Origin: an uncultured candidatus Porisulfidus sp.
GTDB taxonomy: Bacteria > Pseudomonadota > Gammaproteobacteria > Poriferisulfidales > Poriferisulfidaceae
Assembly (NCBI GenBank): GCA_965116025.1
Contig: OZ220480.1
Coordinates: forward strand, 864,001-928,000
Length of the DNA: 64,000 nt
Direction of reading: 5' to 3'
Part shown: positions 1-10,660 of the stretch, piece after piece
How positions within the stretch are numbered: the stretch's first letter is position 1
Layout: every line of letters begins with the position of its first letter
The notes under the pieces: model-generated
What the model was told of the DNA's origin: nothing
The model's database searches: none
What the model saw: only the letters and a program-made list of their open reading frames with translations
Program-made: the position numbers and the translations under genes

Positions 1-39
1 GACCGCATACGCGCGGAGACCCTGCGCTATACCGAAGGC

Positions 40-2664
40 ATGGTCCAGCGGCTGGGCGGGCTGCTGATGAAGGTCATTCGCCGGCGGTCCCCCGAGATCG
101 TGCAGATCGTCGAGAGCCAAGGGCCGATGACCCCGACGACCCGCCTGCGCGTCCTGCAGGCGTACGGAATCGGTTTTCAACTGTTCAACATCGCGGAGCA
201 GAACGCCGCGGTTCGCCGCCGTCGGGCGATCGAGCGCGAGCTCGGTCCGCGGCGGGTTCCCGGCTCCTTCTCCGCGGCGCTCGCGCGCGCGCGCGCCGTC
301 GGGCTTGACGCCGAGGCCGTTCGCGAACGACTGGAGGACGCGCAGGTCGTGCCGGTGCTGACGGCGCACCCGACCGAGGCCAAGCGGGTGACGGTGCTGG
401 AAATCCATCGCCGCATCTACGTCCTGCTCAAGGAGCTGGAAGAGACCCGCTACACCGAACGCGAGCGGCGGCGCACGGTCCGCGCGATCCGCGAAGAGAT
501 CGACCTGCTTTGGATGACCGGAGAGATCCGGCTGACTAAGCCCACCGTGACCGAGGAGGTCGCGTGGGTTCTGCACTTTTTCGACGAATCCCTGTACCAC
601 GGCGCGCGCGATCTGTTCTGGCAGCTGTCGCAGGCGCTGGAGGAGCACTATCCCGACGCCCGCTTCGAGACGCCGCCGCTACTGCGCTTCGGTTGCTGGG
701 TCGGAGGCGATCGCGACGGCAACCCCCACGTGACCCCCGAGGTGACCCGGGAGGCCCTCGAGGGCTACCGAAAGGCCGCGCTGGAGCGCCTGCGCCGGCA
801 GATGGCCAAGGCCCGAAGCCGGTTGTCCATCGCCGCGCACGCGGTGCGCGTGCCAGGAGAGTTTTTGTCTCGGCTCGACGTGATGCTGGGCGGACAGGAG
901 GACGCGGACGCGTTGCGCGCCCGAAACCCCCAAGAGGTGTTTCGGCAATACCTGAACCTCTTGATGCGCCGTCTGGACGCGACCCGAGACGAGCGCCCGG
1001 ACGGTTACGCGAACGCGGCCGAGCTGGTGGAGGACCTCAAGGCGCTGGAGCGGGCCCTGCGCGATACCGACAGCGACTCCATCGCCGACTCGCTGGTCCG
1101 CCCACTTCGCTTGGAGGCGCAGGTGTTCGGCTTTCACACCGTGAGCCTGGACGTTCGGGAGAACAGCACGGTCATCAACGATACCTTGAGGGTCCTGTAT
1201 CGCCAGCTGGAGGAAGAGGACCCGCCGACGGCGGAGAGCGAGGCCTGGCTGGAATGGCTGAAGCGGCGGCTGGGCGAGCCCATGGAGGACCTCCCGGAAT
1301 TTGATCTCGAGGACGGAATGGCGCGCAAGACCATGGAGCTGTTCCGCCTGATCGGTGAGGTCGCGCGGCGGAGCGGCATGGAACCCTTCGGAGCCTTCAT
1401 TCTGAGCATGACGCACACCCAAGCGGATTTGCTGGGAGTGTATCTGCTGGCGAAATACGGCGGGTTGTTCTCCGACCTCAAGAATTGCGAGACTTGCCGC
1501 CTGCCGGTGGTGCCGTTACTGGAGACGATTGAGGATCTGCGCCGAGGGCCCGGGTTGCTGCGCGACCTGCTCGACATCCCACTGGTGCGGCGCAGCGTCC
1601 GCGCCGGGCCTGGCGTGATGGAGGTGATGGTGGGCTACTCGGACTCCAACAAGGATGGCGGTTTCCTGTGCTCTAACCATGAGGTGGCGCTGGCCCAGTC
1701 GCGGATGCGCCGAGTGGGCGAGGAGAAGGGCGTGCCGGTAGCGTTTTTTCATGGCCGCGGCGGCTCGTCCTCGCGCGGTGGGATGCCGGCGGGCCGAGCG
1801 ATCGCCGCCCAGCCACCCGGCACCATCGGTGAGCGGATGCGATTGACCGAACAAGGCGAGGTCGTGTCGGGAAAATACGCCAACCGCGGCTACGCGGAGA
1901 CGCAGTTGGAAATCCTCGCGGCCAGCGTGCTGGAACATTCCTTGCCGAGCGAAGAGGACCCGCACCCCGGCTTCGAGGAGGCCATGGAAGCTCTGTCGCG
2001 CCTGTCGCACACCGCCTATCGGAAGCTCGCCGACCATCCCGGACTGGTCATGTTCTACCAGGATGCCTCGCCGGTCGAGGAGCTGGCGTTGCTCAAGATC
2101 GGCTCGCGCCCGATGCGCCGCTTCGGCGCCAACACGCTGGACGATCTGCGCGCTATTCCCTGGGTGTTCGCGTGGACCCAGAACCGCATGATGATTCCGG
2201 GGTGGTACGGGGTGGGCGACGCGATCTCGGAGTTCCTTCGGGTGCGCGGCGAGGAGGGGGAAAGCCTGTTGCGCGAGATGTTCGAATCTCACCGCCTCTT
2301 CCGGCTGGTGATCGACGAGGTCGAGAAGACTCTGTTTCAGGTCCAGCTCGATATCGCGCGGGACTACGCCGCGCTGGTTCCGGATCCCGAAGTCGGTGCC
2401 GAGATATTCTCCATGATCGAGCGAGAGTACGAGCGGACCCGAGAAGCCGTGCTTCAGGTATCCGGCAGCGAGGACCTGTGCGACCGCTTCGTGATGTTTC
2501 GCGACCGCCTGTCGAGGCGCTTGCCGATCATCAACCGGGTTAGCCGCGAGCAGGTCGAGTTGATCAAGCTGTGCCGGGGCGAGGAGCGCCCGGAGACCCA
2601 GGACCTGGTTCCGTTGTTGCTGTCGATCAACTGCGTGGCGGCCGGGCTCGGCTGGACCGGATGA
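40..2664 (+). CDS. ppc: Phosphoenolpyruvate carboxylase (serine-cycle-associated type; may begin upstream of the window)
   Basis: VLTAHPTE, VMVGYSDSNKDGG, FHGRGG and LRAIPWVFAWTQ motifs; C-terminus GLGWTG rather than RNTG; frame is open back to position 1. Confidence 0.95.
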   Translation: MVQRLGGLLMKVIRRRSPEIVQIVESQGPMTPTTRLRVLQAYGIGFQLFNIAEQNAAVRRRRAIERELGPRRVPGSFSAALARARAVGLDAEAVRERLEDAQVVPVLTAHPTEAKRVTVLEIHRRIYVLLKELEETRYTERERRRTVRAIREEIDLLWMTGEIRLTKPTVTEEVAWVLHFFDESLYHGARDLFWQLSQALEEHYPDARFETPPLLRFGCWVGGDRDGNPHVTPEVTREALEGYRKAALERLRRQMAKARSRLSIAAHAVRVPGEFLSRLDVMLGGQEDADALRARNPQEVFRQYLNLLMRRLDATRDERPDGYANAAELVEDLKALERALRDTDSDSIADSLVRPLRLEAQVFGFHTVSLDVRENSTVINDTLRVLYRQLEEEDPPTAESEAWLEWLKRRLGEPMEDLPEFDLEDGMARKTMELFRLIGEVARRSGMEPFGAFILSMTHTQADLLGVYLLAKYGGLFSDLKNCETCRLPVVPLLETIEDLRRGPGLLRDLLDIPLVRRSVRAGPGVMEVMVGYSDSNKDGGFLCSNHEVALAQSRMRRVGEEKGVPVAFFHGRGGSSSRGGMPAGRAIAAQPPGTIGERMRLTEQGEVVSGKYANRGYAETQLEILAASVLEHSLPSEEDPHPGFEEAMEALSRLSHTAYRKLADHPGLVMFYQDASPVEELALLKIGSRPMRRFGANTLDDLRAIPWVFAWTQNRMMIPGWYGVGDAISEFLRVRGEEGESLLREMFESHRLFRLVIDEVEKTLFQVQLDIARDYAALVPDPEVGAEIFSMIEREYERTREAVLQVSGSEDLCDRFVMFRDRLSRRLPIINRVSREQVELIKLCRGEERPETQDLVPLLLSINCVAAGLGWTG

Positions 2665-2717
2665 TATCCACGGTCGGGCGCGCCGTCGCTTAAAATCCTC
2701 ACGACCAAGGAGGATCG

Positions 2718-3578
2718 ATGAAGAATCTGCTCATTCATCTGGATACGGACGAACGGCCATCCGCTTTTGATCAGGTGGTCGCCTACGATGGCGGGGCGGA
2801 CGCCGTGCTGGCCTATGGCGGGGTGGACGCCGACAACTGCTTCTCCCTAGTGGAAGGCGCGATCTTCACGCGCCCGTCGAAACGCAAGCGCCACACCGCG
2901 ATTCTGGTCGGTGGCAGCGATCTGGCGAAGGCCCAGGCGCTCATGGAAGCCGTGCGCTCCCAGTTCTTCCAGGATTTTCGGGTGTCGGTGATGCTGGACG
3001 CCAATGGTTGCAACACCACGGCGGCGGCGGCGGTCGCGACGTTGGGCGCCGCGGTCCCGCTGGAAGGCGCTCGCGCCACGGTGCTGGCGGGAACCGGGCC
3101 GGTCGGACAACGCGCGGCCATGATGCTCGCGCGATCAGGAGCGAAAGCGCGCCTGAGCTCGCGCCGGCTCGAGCGCGCGCGTCAGGCTTGCGAGGAGATC
3201 GCGACGCGCTTCGGCGTGGAAGTGGAGCCCGTGGCGGCGGCGGACGCGGCCGGGACGGCCGCCGCGATCAAGGACGCGACCATCGTCTTGACGACGGGCC
3301 AAGCCGGGGCTCTGCTGTTGCCGTGCGAGATTTGGGAGGCGTCCTCTAGCCTGCGCGCGGTCGGGGACGTGGGCACCAGCCCGCCACTGGGCGTGGAAGG
3401 CATGGAGCTAACCGACAAGGGGCGGGAGGCGAGCGGGATCCTCCTGTTCGGCGGGCTGGCTATCGGGGCCCTGAAATTGCGTTCTCATCGCGAGGCGGTC
3501 TCGCGGATGTTCGAGAGCGCCGATCAGGTTTTGGACGCCGAGGAAATCTTGGCGCTGGCCCGTGAGCTTTACGACTGA
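2718..3578 (+). CDS. mtdA: NADP-dependent methylene-H4MPT/methylene-H4F dehydrogenase
   Basis: DTDERPSAFDQVVAYDGGAD, FRVSVMLDANGCNTTAAA, VLAGTGPVG and DAEEI motifs closely follow MtdA; SD AAGGAGG upstream. Confidence 0.88.
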   Translation: MKNLLIHLDTDERPSAFDQVVAYDGGADAVLAYGGVDADNCFSLVEGAIFTRPSKRKRHTAILVGGSDLAKAQALMEAVRSQFFQDFRVSVMLDANGCNTTAAAAVATLGAAVPLEGARATVLAGTGPVGQRAAMMLARSGAKARLSSRRLERARQACEEIATRFGVEVEPVAAADAAGTAAAIKDATIVLTTGQAGALLLPCEIWEASSSLRAVGDVGTSPPLGVEGMELTDKGREASGILLFGGLAIGALKLRSHREAVSRMFESADQVLDAEEILALARELYD

Positions 3579-4240
3579 CGCCGCCGCAACTCGGCATCGA
3601 TCCAGTCGATCCGCTCTCTGATATCTTCGGTCTGATAGCTGGCTTCCAGCCGCTCTCGCGCTTCCCGCACCGCTCGATAGGTTTCCCGCAGACGTTGGGA
3701 ATGCTGGCCGAGCTCCGTCCCGGGATCCTCATGATCCCGCAGCATGCGGTCTCGGACATCCGGTTTTCTCTGCATGATGCTCATCATCGCGGCGTAACTG
3801 ACGCCAAGGCGGAAATCGTACGGCTTGTACCGTTGCAGCGTGGTCACTTCCGGACGCAACTCCTCGACGATTTTGATCAGGGTGGACCGGAAGCTCATCA
3901 AGTCCTCCCGAAGGGTTCCCTCGACTTCGTATCGCTCGATGATATCCGGGATCATGTCGATGATCTGGATTCGCTCCTCGTCGTAGACCAGTAGCGCCCG
4001 AAGCAGTTGCTCCTCGAGCTCCTCGGTCGATGTGGCGGACGCGGCGCCTAATTGCTTCGCGTAGGCCTCGCGCTGGGCCCGAAGCTCGCTGACCGTATCG
4101 TCCCGCAACGATTCCGCGGATGGCAGGGACGCGCGTGGGATGTCGACGACCGGGTGCGGAGGCTCGCCTTCCGCGTTGGCGAGGAAGGGAGCGGCGGCCA
4201 GCAGGGCGCCGAGGAGGCGGGAAGAGGCGCGAAACGGCAT
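3569..4240 (-). CDS. Hypothetical exported helical/coiled-coil protein
   Basis: 223-aa ORF with Sec-like signal (RLLGALLAAAPFLANA) and charged helical body. Confidence 0.6.
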   Translation of the reverse strand: MPFRASSRLLGALLAAAPFLANAEGEPPHPVVDIPRASLPSAESLRDDTVSELRAQREAYAKQLGAASATSTEELEEQLLRALLVYDEERIQIIDMIPDIIERYEVEGTLREDLMSFRSTLIKIVEELRPEVTTLQRYKPYDFRLGVSYAAMMSIMQRKPDVRDRMLRDHEDPGTELGQHSQRLRETYRAVREARERLEASYQTEDIRERIDWIDAELRRRQS

Positions 4241-4380
4241 GAAGAAGGGAGCGCTTGAGCGGACAGTATAACCGGGAAACCGGGAGTCCCGTGGAATGGC
4301 GCCCGCCAGTTTCTTTCAGTGAGTCCGAAAGCCTTGCTAAACGACCAGAATCATGGCATCATCATCAATGAGATTGAGCC

Positions 4381-5235
4381 ATGAACAAACGAATAGCGGA
4401 CTCCCCGGAATTTGGTGGGGAGTGGACGACGAAAAAGCTCAATATCCTTGAAGATTATCTTAATGCGTATACGACTGCGCTCAAAAGCCAACTGTTTGAT
4501 CTATGGTACATAGATGCCTTCGCGGGTACTGGCGATATTGATACTTCGACTAGCGATCAAAACGAGTTTCGTCTCTTCATTGAGGGATCGGCTAAACGAG
4601 CGATCAGCGTTAAGGACAAGCCATTCGACAGATTGATCTTCGTTGAACGAGATTCTGATCGGTGTTTCCACTTAGAAAAACTGCAGAGAGAGAACAAAAG
4701 CAGGAATATTGAGATCAAAAATACTGACGCTAACCAATATCTCTCGAATTTGGAGGGAAACTGGAACAAACGGAGAGGCGTGCTTTTCTTGGATCCATTC
4801 TCTATTCAAGTCGAGTGGGCCACCCTGCAGAAAGTCGCGGCTTACGAAGCGCTTGACACTTGGATTCTGTTTCCCGTCTCGACGATCGCGCGGATGCTTC
4901 CACAATCGCGAAGTCCCGAGGATATAGATGTTAGATGGGCGTCTCGTCTGACATCTGTTTTTGGAAACGCAAGTTGGCGGGGCCTGTACAAGAGAAGGCT
5001 CCAACACGATTTGTTTGATCCTGACGCGCAAGAAAGAGAGCAGGGCATAGAAGGGATTCTTGGATTGTATAAGGACAGGCTTTGGGAGTTATTTAGAGAC
5101 AGATTCCTTGATAGATCTTGGACGCTTAGAAACTCTAAAAACTCTCCATTATTCGAGTTCTTGTTTTGCGCGGGGAATCCGAAAGGGGCCGAGGTCGCCA
5201 AGAGAATCGCGAAACATCTCTTGAAGAATACCTAG
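4381..5235 (+). CDS. tcmP: Three-Cys-motif partner protein (TcmP, SAM-methyltransferase-like fold)
   Basis: WTTKKL..L..Y, YIDAFAGTG and LFLDPF motifs; adjacent to DUF5131 gene; lower GC than flanks. Confidence 0.8.
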   Translation: MNKRIADSPEFGGEWTTKKLNILEDYLNAYTTALKSQLFDLWYIDAFAGTGDIDTSTSDQNEFRLFIEGSAKRAISVKDKPFDRLIFVERDSDRCFHLEKLQRENKSRNIEIKNTDANQYLSNLEGNWNKRRGVLFLDPFSIQVEWATLQKVAAYEALDTWILFPVSTIARMLPQSRSPEDIDVRWASRLTSVFGNASWRGLYKRRLQHDLFDPDAQEREQGIEGILGLYKDRLWELFRDRFLDRSWTLRNSKNSPLFEFLFCAGNPKGAEVAKRIAKHLLKNT

Positions 5236-5238
5236 ATT

Positions 5239-5952
5239 ATGGCCGCTCGCTCAAGCATCGAATGGACTGACGTTACGTGGAACCCCGTGACGGGTTGCAC
5301 CAAGATAAGTCACGGATGCAAACACTGCTATGCGGAACGGATGTCCAAGAGATTGCAGAAAATGGGTGTGAAGAAATATAGAGAGGGATTCTCGATCTCT
5401 ACGCACGAATCCATCCTTGAGGATCCGTTGAAATGGAAATCTCCCCGATTCGTTTTCGTCAACTCCATGTCCGATCTTTTCCATCAATCGGTTCCAACCG
5501 AATTCATAGAAAAGGTGTTCTCCGTCATGAATCGGGCATCACAGCATAAGTTTCAGGTTCTCACCAAGAGGCCAAGCCGAGTCGCGCGCTTGAACGATAG
5601 CCTGCGTTGGACACCGAACATTTGGCTTGGCGTCAGCGTCGAATCCGAGCGGTGGACGGAACGTTTGCTTCTTCTTAAAGAAACGAGTGCGGCTGTGAAG
5701 TTCTTATCTCTGGAACCCCTGCTTGGGCCGCTTCCAGATATGAATCTCGATGGCATTGATTGGGTGATCGTTGGCGGTGAGTCAGGTCCACGCGCGCGAT
5801 CAATGGAAGCCGATTGGGTACGTGACATCCGCGACCAGTGCGAAAGGAAGAGCGTGCCATTCTTCTTCAAACAATGGGGTGGCGTCTTCAAGAAGAAAAC
5901 TGGTCGAACGCTGGATAATCGCGTGTGGAACGAGATGCCCCGCCTTACGTGA
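5239..5952 (+). CDS. DUF5131 / phage Gp37-Gp68 family radical-SAM-like protein
   Basis: SIEWTDVTWNPVTGCTKISHGCKHCYA (three Cys), FVNSMSDLFH, LTKRP, WVIVGGESG, FFFKQWGG. Confidence 0.9.
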   Translation: MAARSSIEWTDVTWNPVTGCTKISHGCKHCYAERMSKRLQKMGVKKYREGFSISTHESILEDPLKWKSPRFVFVNSMSDLFHQSVPTEFIEKVFSVMNRASQHKFQVLTKRPSRVARLNDSLRWTPNIWLGVSVESERWTERLLLLKETSAAVKFLSLEPLLGPLPDMNLDGIDWVIVGGESGPRARSMEADWVRDIRDQCERKSVPFFFKQWGGVFKKKTGRTLDNRVWNEMPRLT

Positions 5953-6168
5953 TAGCATGCGGGGAAAAGATAGAGACCAAGTCTAATTGTCATCAGGCGG
6001 GCTTGGCTTCGCATTCCCGAATCGCAATCCACAAATCCGCTATATTTTGTCTCGCTCATCCCAAGTCTCAGGCTGGCTAATTTGCGTTACTGCGGGATCA
6101 GTTCGACAGTGCTCAATAACGAACGAGGAACGCCACTCGAAACCGAAAGGGCCAGTGCTGAAATCCAT

Positions 6169-7257
6169 ATGCTGAAATCCATAAGGATACAGAACTTCCG
6201 CTGTTTCCGTGATCTTGAGATCAAGGATCTGGCTCGCGTCAATATTTTCTCGGGCAAAAACGATTCCGGGAAAACGAGTTTGCTCGAAGCGCTGTACTTG
6301 CTTTCGAACGCCATGAATCCGTTGGTCGCTAGAGACCCCAAAGTGGCACGCCTTCCCGACCCTCCATTCCCGCAGACTATTCCCGAAATCGTTTGGAGGC
6401 CGCTTTTTCACGATATGAAAGCGCGGGAGTCTATCCAAATTCATGCCGCTGACGTTTCGGGCGATGAGTGGGAATTGACGGTCTCGTTCACCGCTCTCTC
6501 CTCTCCTGTTCGGGAAAATCTGAAAGAGAGCCAAGAGGAAACCTCGCGATTGAAAGATGCCCCGCGGTCTCAAGGATTTGGTGCCCAACTGCGGTTTGGT
6601 TTCCGGAATTTGGAGCGCGAGGTCGAGACTTGTATTTCTGTGGAAGAGGGGCGCTTTCGGGTAGAGTCGAAAAACGATCATCTCGAAAAACCCTTCCCTG
6701 CCGAATTGATTTTCCCGCGTGAGCAGGAAAGAGATCTCGGGATAGATGCGGGTCGTCTGTCAGGGTTGCGAAAGATTAATGGGATCGACGGGATGCTTGA
6801 TCTCATCTCGATGGTGGAGCCGAGTTTCCTGAACATCAGAGGGGGGCCAGCATTCCGAACGGGAATGCCCATGAACCAGGTCGATATTGACGCCATTACC
6901 GAATTGATGCCACTGTCGGTCATGGGAAACGGAGCGCAACGCATCGTTCGCCTCGCTTTGGCCGTGCCGTGCATGTCTGGCGGACTCGTTCTTGTAGATG
7001 AGTTCGAAAGTTGCCTGCATCACTCAATGCTCGGTCCGGTATGGACGGAGCTTGGCAAGGTTGCGAAAGAATTCAATACGCAGATCGTCGCGACCACGAA
7101 CAGCTATGAATGTTTGTCGGCCGCCCAAGAAGCGCTCGACGCCGAAGAGTTCCGCTTTCATCGGCTGGATGTCGAGGAGCTTGGCGAGCGCGTCTGCGTG
7201 GCGTATAAGCCCCGTGAAATCGCCGCCGCGATCAAGCACAATTCCGAGGTTCGTTGA
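6169..7257 (+). CDS. ABC-type AAA ATPase (AAA_15/AAA_21, AbiEii/OLD-like)
   Basis: MLKSIRIQNFRCF start, Walker A GKNDSGKT, Walker B VLVDEFE, C-terminal EVR. Confidence 0.8.
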   Translation: MLKSIRIQNFRCFRDLEIKDLARVNIFSGKNDSGKTSLLEALYLLSNAMNPLVARDPKVARLPDPPFPQTIPEIVWRPLFHDMKARESIQIHAADVSGDEWELTVSFTALSSPVRENLKESQEETSRLKDAPRSQGFGAQLRFGFRNLEREVETCISVEEGRFRVESKNDHLEKPFPAELIFPREQERDLGIDAGRLSGLRKINGIDGMLDLISMVEPSFLNIRGGPAFRTGMPMNQVDIDAITELMPLSVMGNGAQRIVRLALAVPCMSGGLVLVDEFESCLHHSMLGPVWTELGKVAKEFNTQIVATTNSYECLSAAQEALDAEEFRFHRLDVEELGERVCVAYKPREIAAAIKHNSEVR

Positions 7258-7646
7258 GCACGCCAACCGGAGAGCGTCGCGCGGGTTTCAAAGTTCTTCT
7301 TGCTCGCCGTTGGCATATGGCCATGAGAGCGGGCTGGGCGCGTTGTTTCGCGAGCATGCGCGAAGAGCGCAGCCGTGCCGGCGCGGGCATTCGCGTCAGG
7401 AACGATCTTGGAGCCATATGTGGCCCGTGGGTTTGGGTTGGTTGATCCGCCTTTATACGCCCGGGCATAAGGAGCGATACTGGATATCGATCCCTCAATA
7501 GGCGGCCGAAATCCTCGTACGAGCGGCTGAAAACAGCCGCCGCGCGCGTGTCCTCCGGTGCCGAAAATTTGCCAATCCCCCCACTTCCGTAGAAAATACG
7601 CGGCCTGTCGATGATTCCGTCTCGAGACCCTTCCTCTTCCCGTCCG

Positions 7647-9647
7647 ATGCCAGAGCGACGAGCGCTCGCGAACGCCATCCGCGCGCTGAGCATGGACGCC
7701 GTGGAGCGGGCCGCTTCCGGCCATCCCGGCATGCCGATGGGCATGGCGGACATCGCGGAGGTCCTGTGGCGGCGGCACCTCAAGCACAATCCCGCCAACC
7801 CGCGCTGGCCCGACCGCGACCGCTTCGTGGTCTCCAACGGACACGGCTCGATGCTGTTGTACAGCCTGCTGCATTTGACCGGCTATCCATTGTCGATGGA
7901 GGACCTGCGGGCGTTTCGGCAGATGCGCTCGCGCACGCCCGGGCACCCGGAGCTGGACCTGGATATCGGGGTCGAGACCACGACCGGTCCTCTGGGGCAG
8001 GGGTTGGCCAACGCGGTCGGGATGGCGCTGGCGGAGCGCCTGCTGGGCGACCGCTACAACCGCGAAGGACATTCGGTGGTCGATCACCGGACCTACGCGT
8101 TCGTGGGCGATGGGTGCCTGATGGAGGGCGTCTCGCACGAGGCGTGCGGTCTGGCCGGCGCGTTCCGCCTCGGCAAGCTGATCGTGTTCTACGACGACAA
8201 CGGCATCTCGATCGACGGCGAGACGAAAGGCTGGTTCACCGACGACACGGCCGGACGCTTCTCGGCCTATGGCTGGCATGTGGTTTCGGGCATCGACGGA
8301 CATGATCCTGAGGCGGTGGACCGGGCCATTCGCGAGGCGCGCTCGGATTCCCGCCCCTCGATTTTGTGTTGCCGGACCGTGATCGGCTACGGCTCGCCGG
8401 GGAAGCGCGGAACCGCGGACGCCCATGGCGCCCCGCTCGGCCCTGAAGAGATCGCGCGGGCGCGGGAGACTCTGGGCTGGCCCCATCCTCCGTTCGAGAT
8501 CCCGGACGAGATTCGGGAAGCCTGGGATTTCCGGGAGCGGGGAGCGGAGCTGGAGGCCCGGTGGCGGGCGGACATGGACGACTACGCCGCGCGCTATCCG
8601 GAGGAAGCGGCTGAATTGGGGCGGCGATTGGAAGGCGACTTGCCGGACGCGTTCGCGAAAGCGATCGACGCGCACATCGAGAGTCAGGTCGCGGACTCGC
8701 CGAAGGCGGCGACCCGCAAGCATTCCGGCAATGTTCTGGACGCGGTCGCCGACAGTCTGCCGGAGCTGATCGGGGGCTCGGCCGACCTTACCGGTTCCAA
8801 CAACACGCGACCCAAGGGTAGCCGCGCGGTCAGCGCGGGCGAAGACGGCACGTACATTTATTACGGGGTCCGGGAGTTCGGTATGGCCGCCGTTATGAAC
8901 GGCTTGGCCCTGCACGGCGGGTTCATTCCGTATGGCGGGACGTTTCTCACGTTCTCCGACTACGCCCGGAACGCGATTCGCATGGCGGCGCTGATGCGCC
9001 AGCGGGTGGTCTTCGTGCTGACGCATGATTCCATCGGTTTGGGCGAGGATGGCCCCACCCACCAAGCGGTGGAGCATCTGGCGAGCCTCCGGCTGATTCC
9101 GGGGCTTGACGTTTGGCGCCCGGCCGACGCGGTGGAGACGGCGGTCGCTTGGAAGCGCGCGCTCCAGCCGGGCCAGGGCCCGACCGCGCTGGCGTTGTCG
9201 CGGCAGTCCGTGGCGCGTTTGGAGCATACTCCAGAGACCGTCGCGCTGTCCGCGCGCGGGGGATACGCGCTGGTGGATTCAGAGGGGCCACCGGAACTGA
9301 TTCTGCTCGCCACAGGTTCCGAGGTGGGCTTGGCTGTCGCTTGCGCGGAAGCGCTTGACGGAGCCCGGATTCGAGTCGTGTCGATGCCCTGCATGGAGTC
9401 GTTCGCTCGGCAGGATCCGGACTATCGCGAGTCGGTGTTGCCAAGCGACGTCTCCGCCCGGATCGCGGTGGAGGCGGGCGTGGGCGAATCCTGGCGACGT
9501 TGGGTTGGTGATCAGGGACGAATACTGGGCGTCGAGGAGTTCGGACACTCTGCGCCAGGAGCCCGGGTGATGGAGCGCTTCGGGATAACTTTGGAAAATT
9601 TGACGAAAATGGCCCGCGAGACGCTGGGTCAGGGAGTGACAACATGA
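7647..9647 (+). CDS. tkt: Transketolase
   Basis: [37 protein letters not shown] motifs. Confidence 0.97.
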   Translation: MPERRALANAIRALSMDAVERAASGHPGMPMGMADIAEVLWRRHLKHNPANPRWPDRDRFVVSNGHGSMLLYSLLHLTGYPLSMEDLRAFRQMRSRTPGHPELDLDIGVETTTGPLGQGLANAVGMALAERLLGDRYNREGHSVVDHRTYAFVGDGCLMEGVSHEACGLAGAFRLGKLIVFYDDNGISIDGETKGWFTDDTAGRFSAYGWHVVSGIDGHDPEAVDRAIREARSDSRPSILCCRTVIGYGSPGKRGTADAHGAPLGPEEIARARETLGWPHPPFEIPDEIREAWDFRERGAELEARWRADMDDYAARYPEEAAELGRRLEGDLPDAFAKAIDAHIESQVADSPKAATRKHSGNVLDAVADSLPELIGGSADLTGSNNTRPKGSRAVSAGEDGTYIYYGVREFGMAAVMNGLALHGGFIPYGGTFLTFSDYARNAIRMAALMRQRVVFVLTHDSIGLGEDGPTHQAVEHLASLRLIPGLDVWRPADAVETAVAWKRALQPGQGPTALALSRQSVARLEHTPETVALSARGGYALVDSEGPPELILLATGSEVGLAVACAEALDGARIRVVSMPCMESFARQDPDYRESVLPSDVSARIAVEAGVGESWRRWVGDQGRILGVEEFGHSAPGARVMERFGITLENLTKMARETLGQGVTT

Positions 9648-10660
9648 GCATTCGCGTAGGAATCAATGGCTACGGACGGATCGGGCGGAATATCTTGCGC
9701 GCCCTCTACGAGTCCGGGCGACAGAGCGAGATCGGCATCGTCGCGATCAACGACATCGGCGATCTGGAGGTCAGCGCGCACCTGACCCGCTACGACTCGG
9801 CGCACGGGCCGTTCGACCGCGAGGTCGAGGTCGAGGGCGACGCCATGAAGGTGGGAGGGGACCGCATCCGGTTCACCGCCTGCCGCAACCCGGCCGACAT
9901 CCCCTGGAGGGAGTCGGAAGTGGACGTGGTGATCGAGTCGACGGGGCTGTTCGCGTCGCGCGAGAAGGCGCAGGGGCACTTGGACGCGGGAGCGCCCAAG
10001 GTTCTGATCTCGGCCCCGGCCGGAAAGGACGTGGACGCGACCGTAGTGTACGGCGTCAACCATGACCAGCTGCGCGCGGATCACACCGTGGTCTCCAACG
10101 CCTCCTGCACCACCAACTGTCTCGCGCCTTTGGCCAAGGTGCTGATGGAGTCCGTTGGCATCGAGTCCGGCATCATGACGACCATCCACTCGTACACCAA
10201 CGACCAAGTGCTGACGGACGTGGCGCACGGCGACCTGCGCCGGGCCCGCTCGGCGACGCAGTCGATGATTCCGACCGCGACCGGCGCGGCGCGCGCGGTC
10301 GGGCTGGTATTGCCGGAGCTGGATGGCCGCCTGGACGGATTCGCCATCCGCGTGCCGACCATCAACGTCTCGGTGGTGGATCTGAGTTTCGTGGCCGGGC
10401 GGGAGACGGACGCCGAGGAGGTCAACGCGGCCGTCCGCGCGGCCGCCGAGGGGCCGCTCGCCGGCGTGCTGGCGTACAACGAGGCTCCGCTGGTGTCGAT
10501 CGATTTCAATCATAATCCGGCATCGTCCACGTTCGACGCCTCGCTGACCAAGACGCTTCCCGGAAACCTGGTCAAGGTCCTGTCGTGGTACGACAACGAG
10601 TGGGGGTTCTCCAACCGCATGCTGGACGTCATCGCCGCCTGGACGCGCGCGGGCGCATGA
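9644..10660 (+). CDS. gap: Glyceraldehyde-3-phosphate dehydrogenase (type I)
   Basis: [31 protein letters not shown]. Confidence 0.96.
   Translation: MSIRVGINGYGRIGRNILRALYESGRQSEIGIVAINDIGDLEVSAHLTRYDSAHGPFDREVEVEGDAMKVGGDRIRFTACRNPADIPWRESEVDVVIESTGLFASREKAQGHLDAGAPKVLISAPAGKDVDATVVYGVNHDQLRADHTVVSNASCTTNCLAPLAKVLMESVGIESGIMTTIHSYTNDQVLTDVAHGDLRRARSATQSMIPTATGAARAVGLVLPELDGRLDGFAIRVPTINVSVVDLSFVAGRETDAEEVNAAVRAAAEGPLAGVLAYNEAPLVSIDFNHNPASSTFDASLTKTLPGNLVKVLSWYDNEWGFSNRMLDVIAAWTRAGA

Noticed and set aside
7258-7610. Partner gene or att site for the low-GC islet
   Set aside because: No convincing ORF and no direct repeat matching the left border near 4250-4380 was found by eye.
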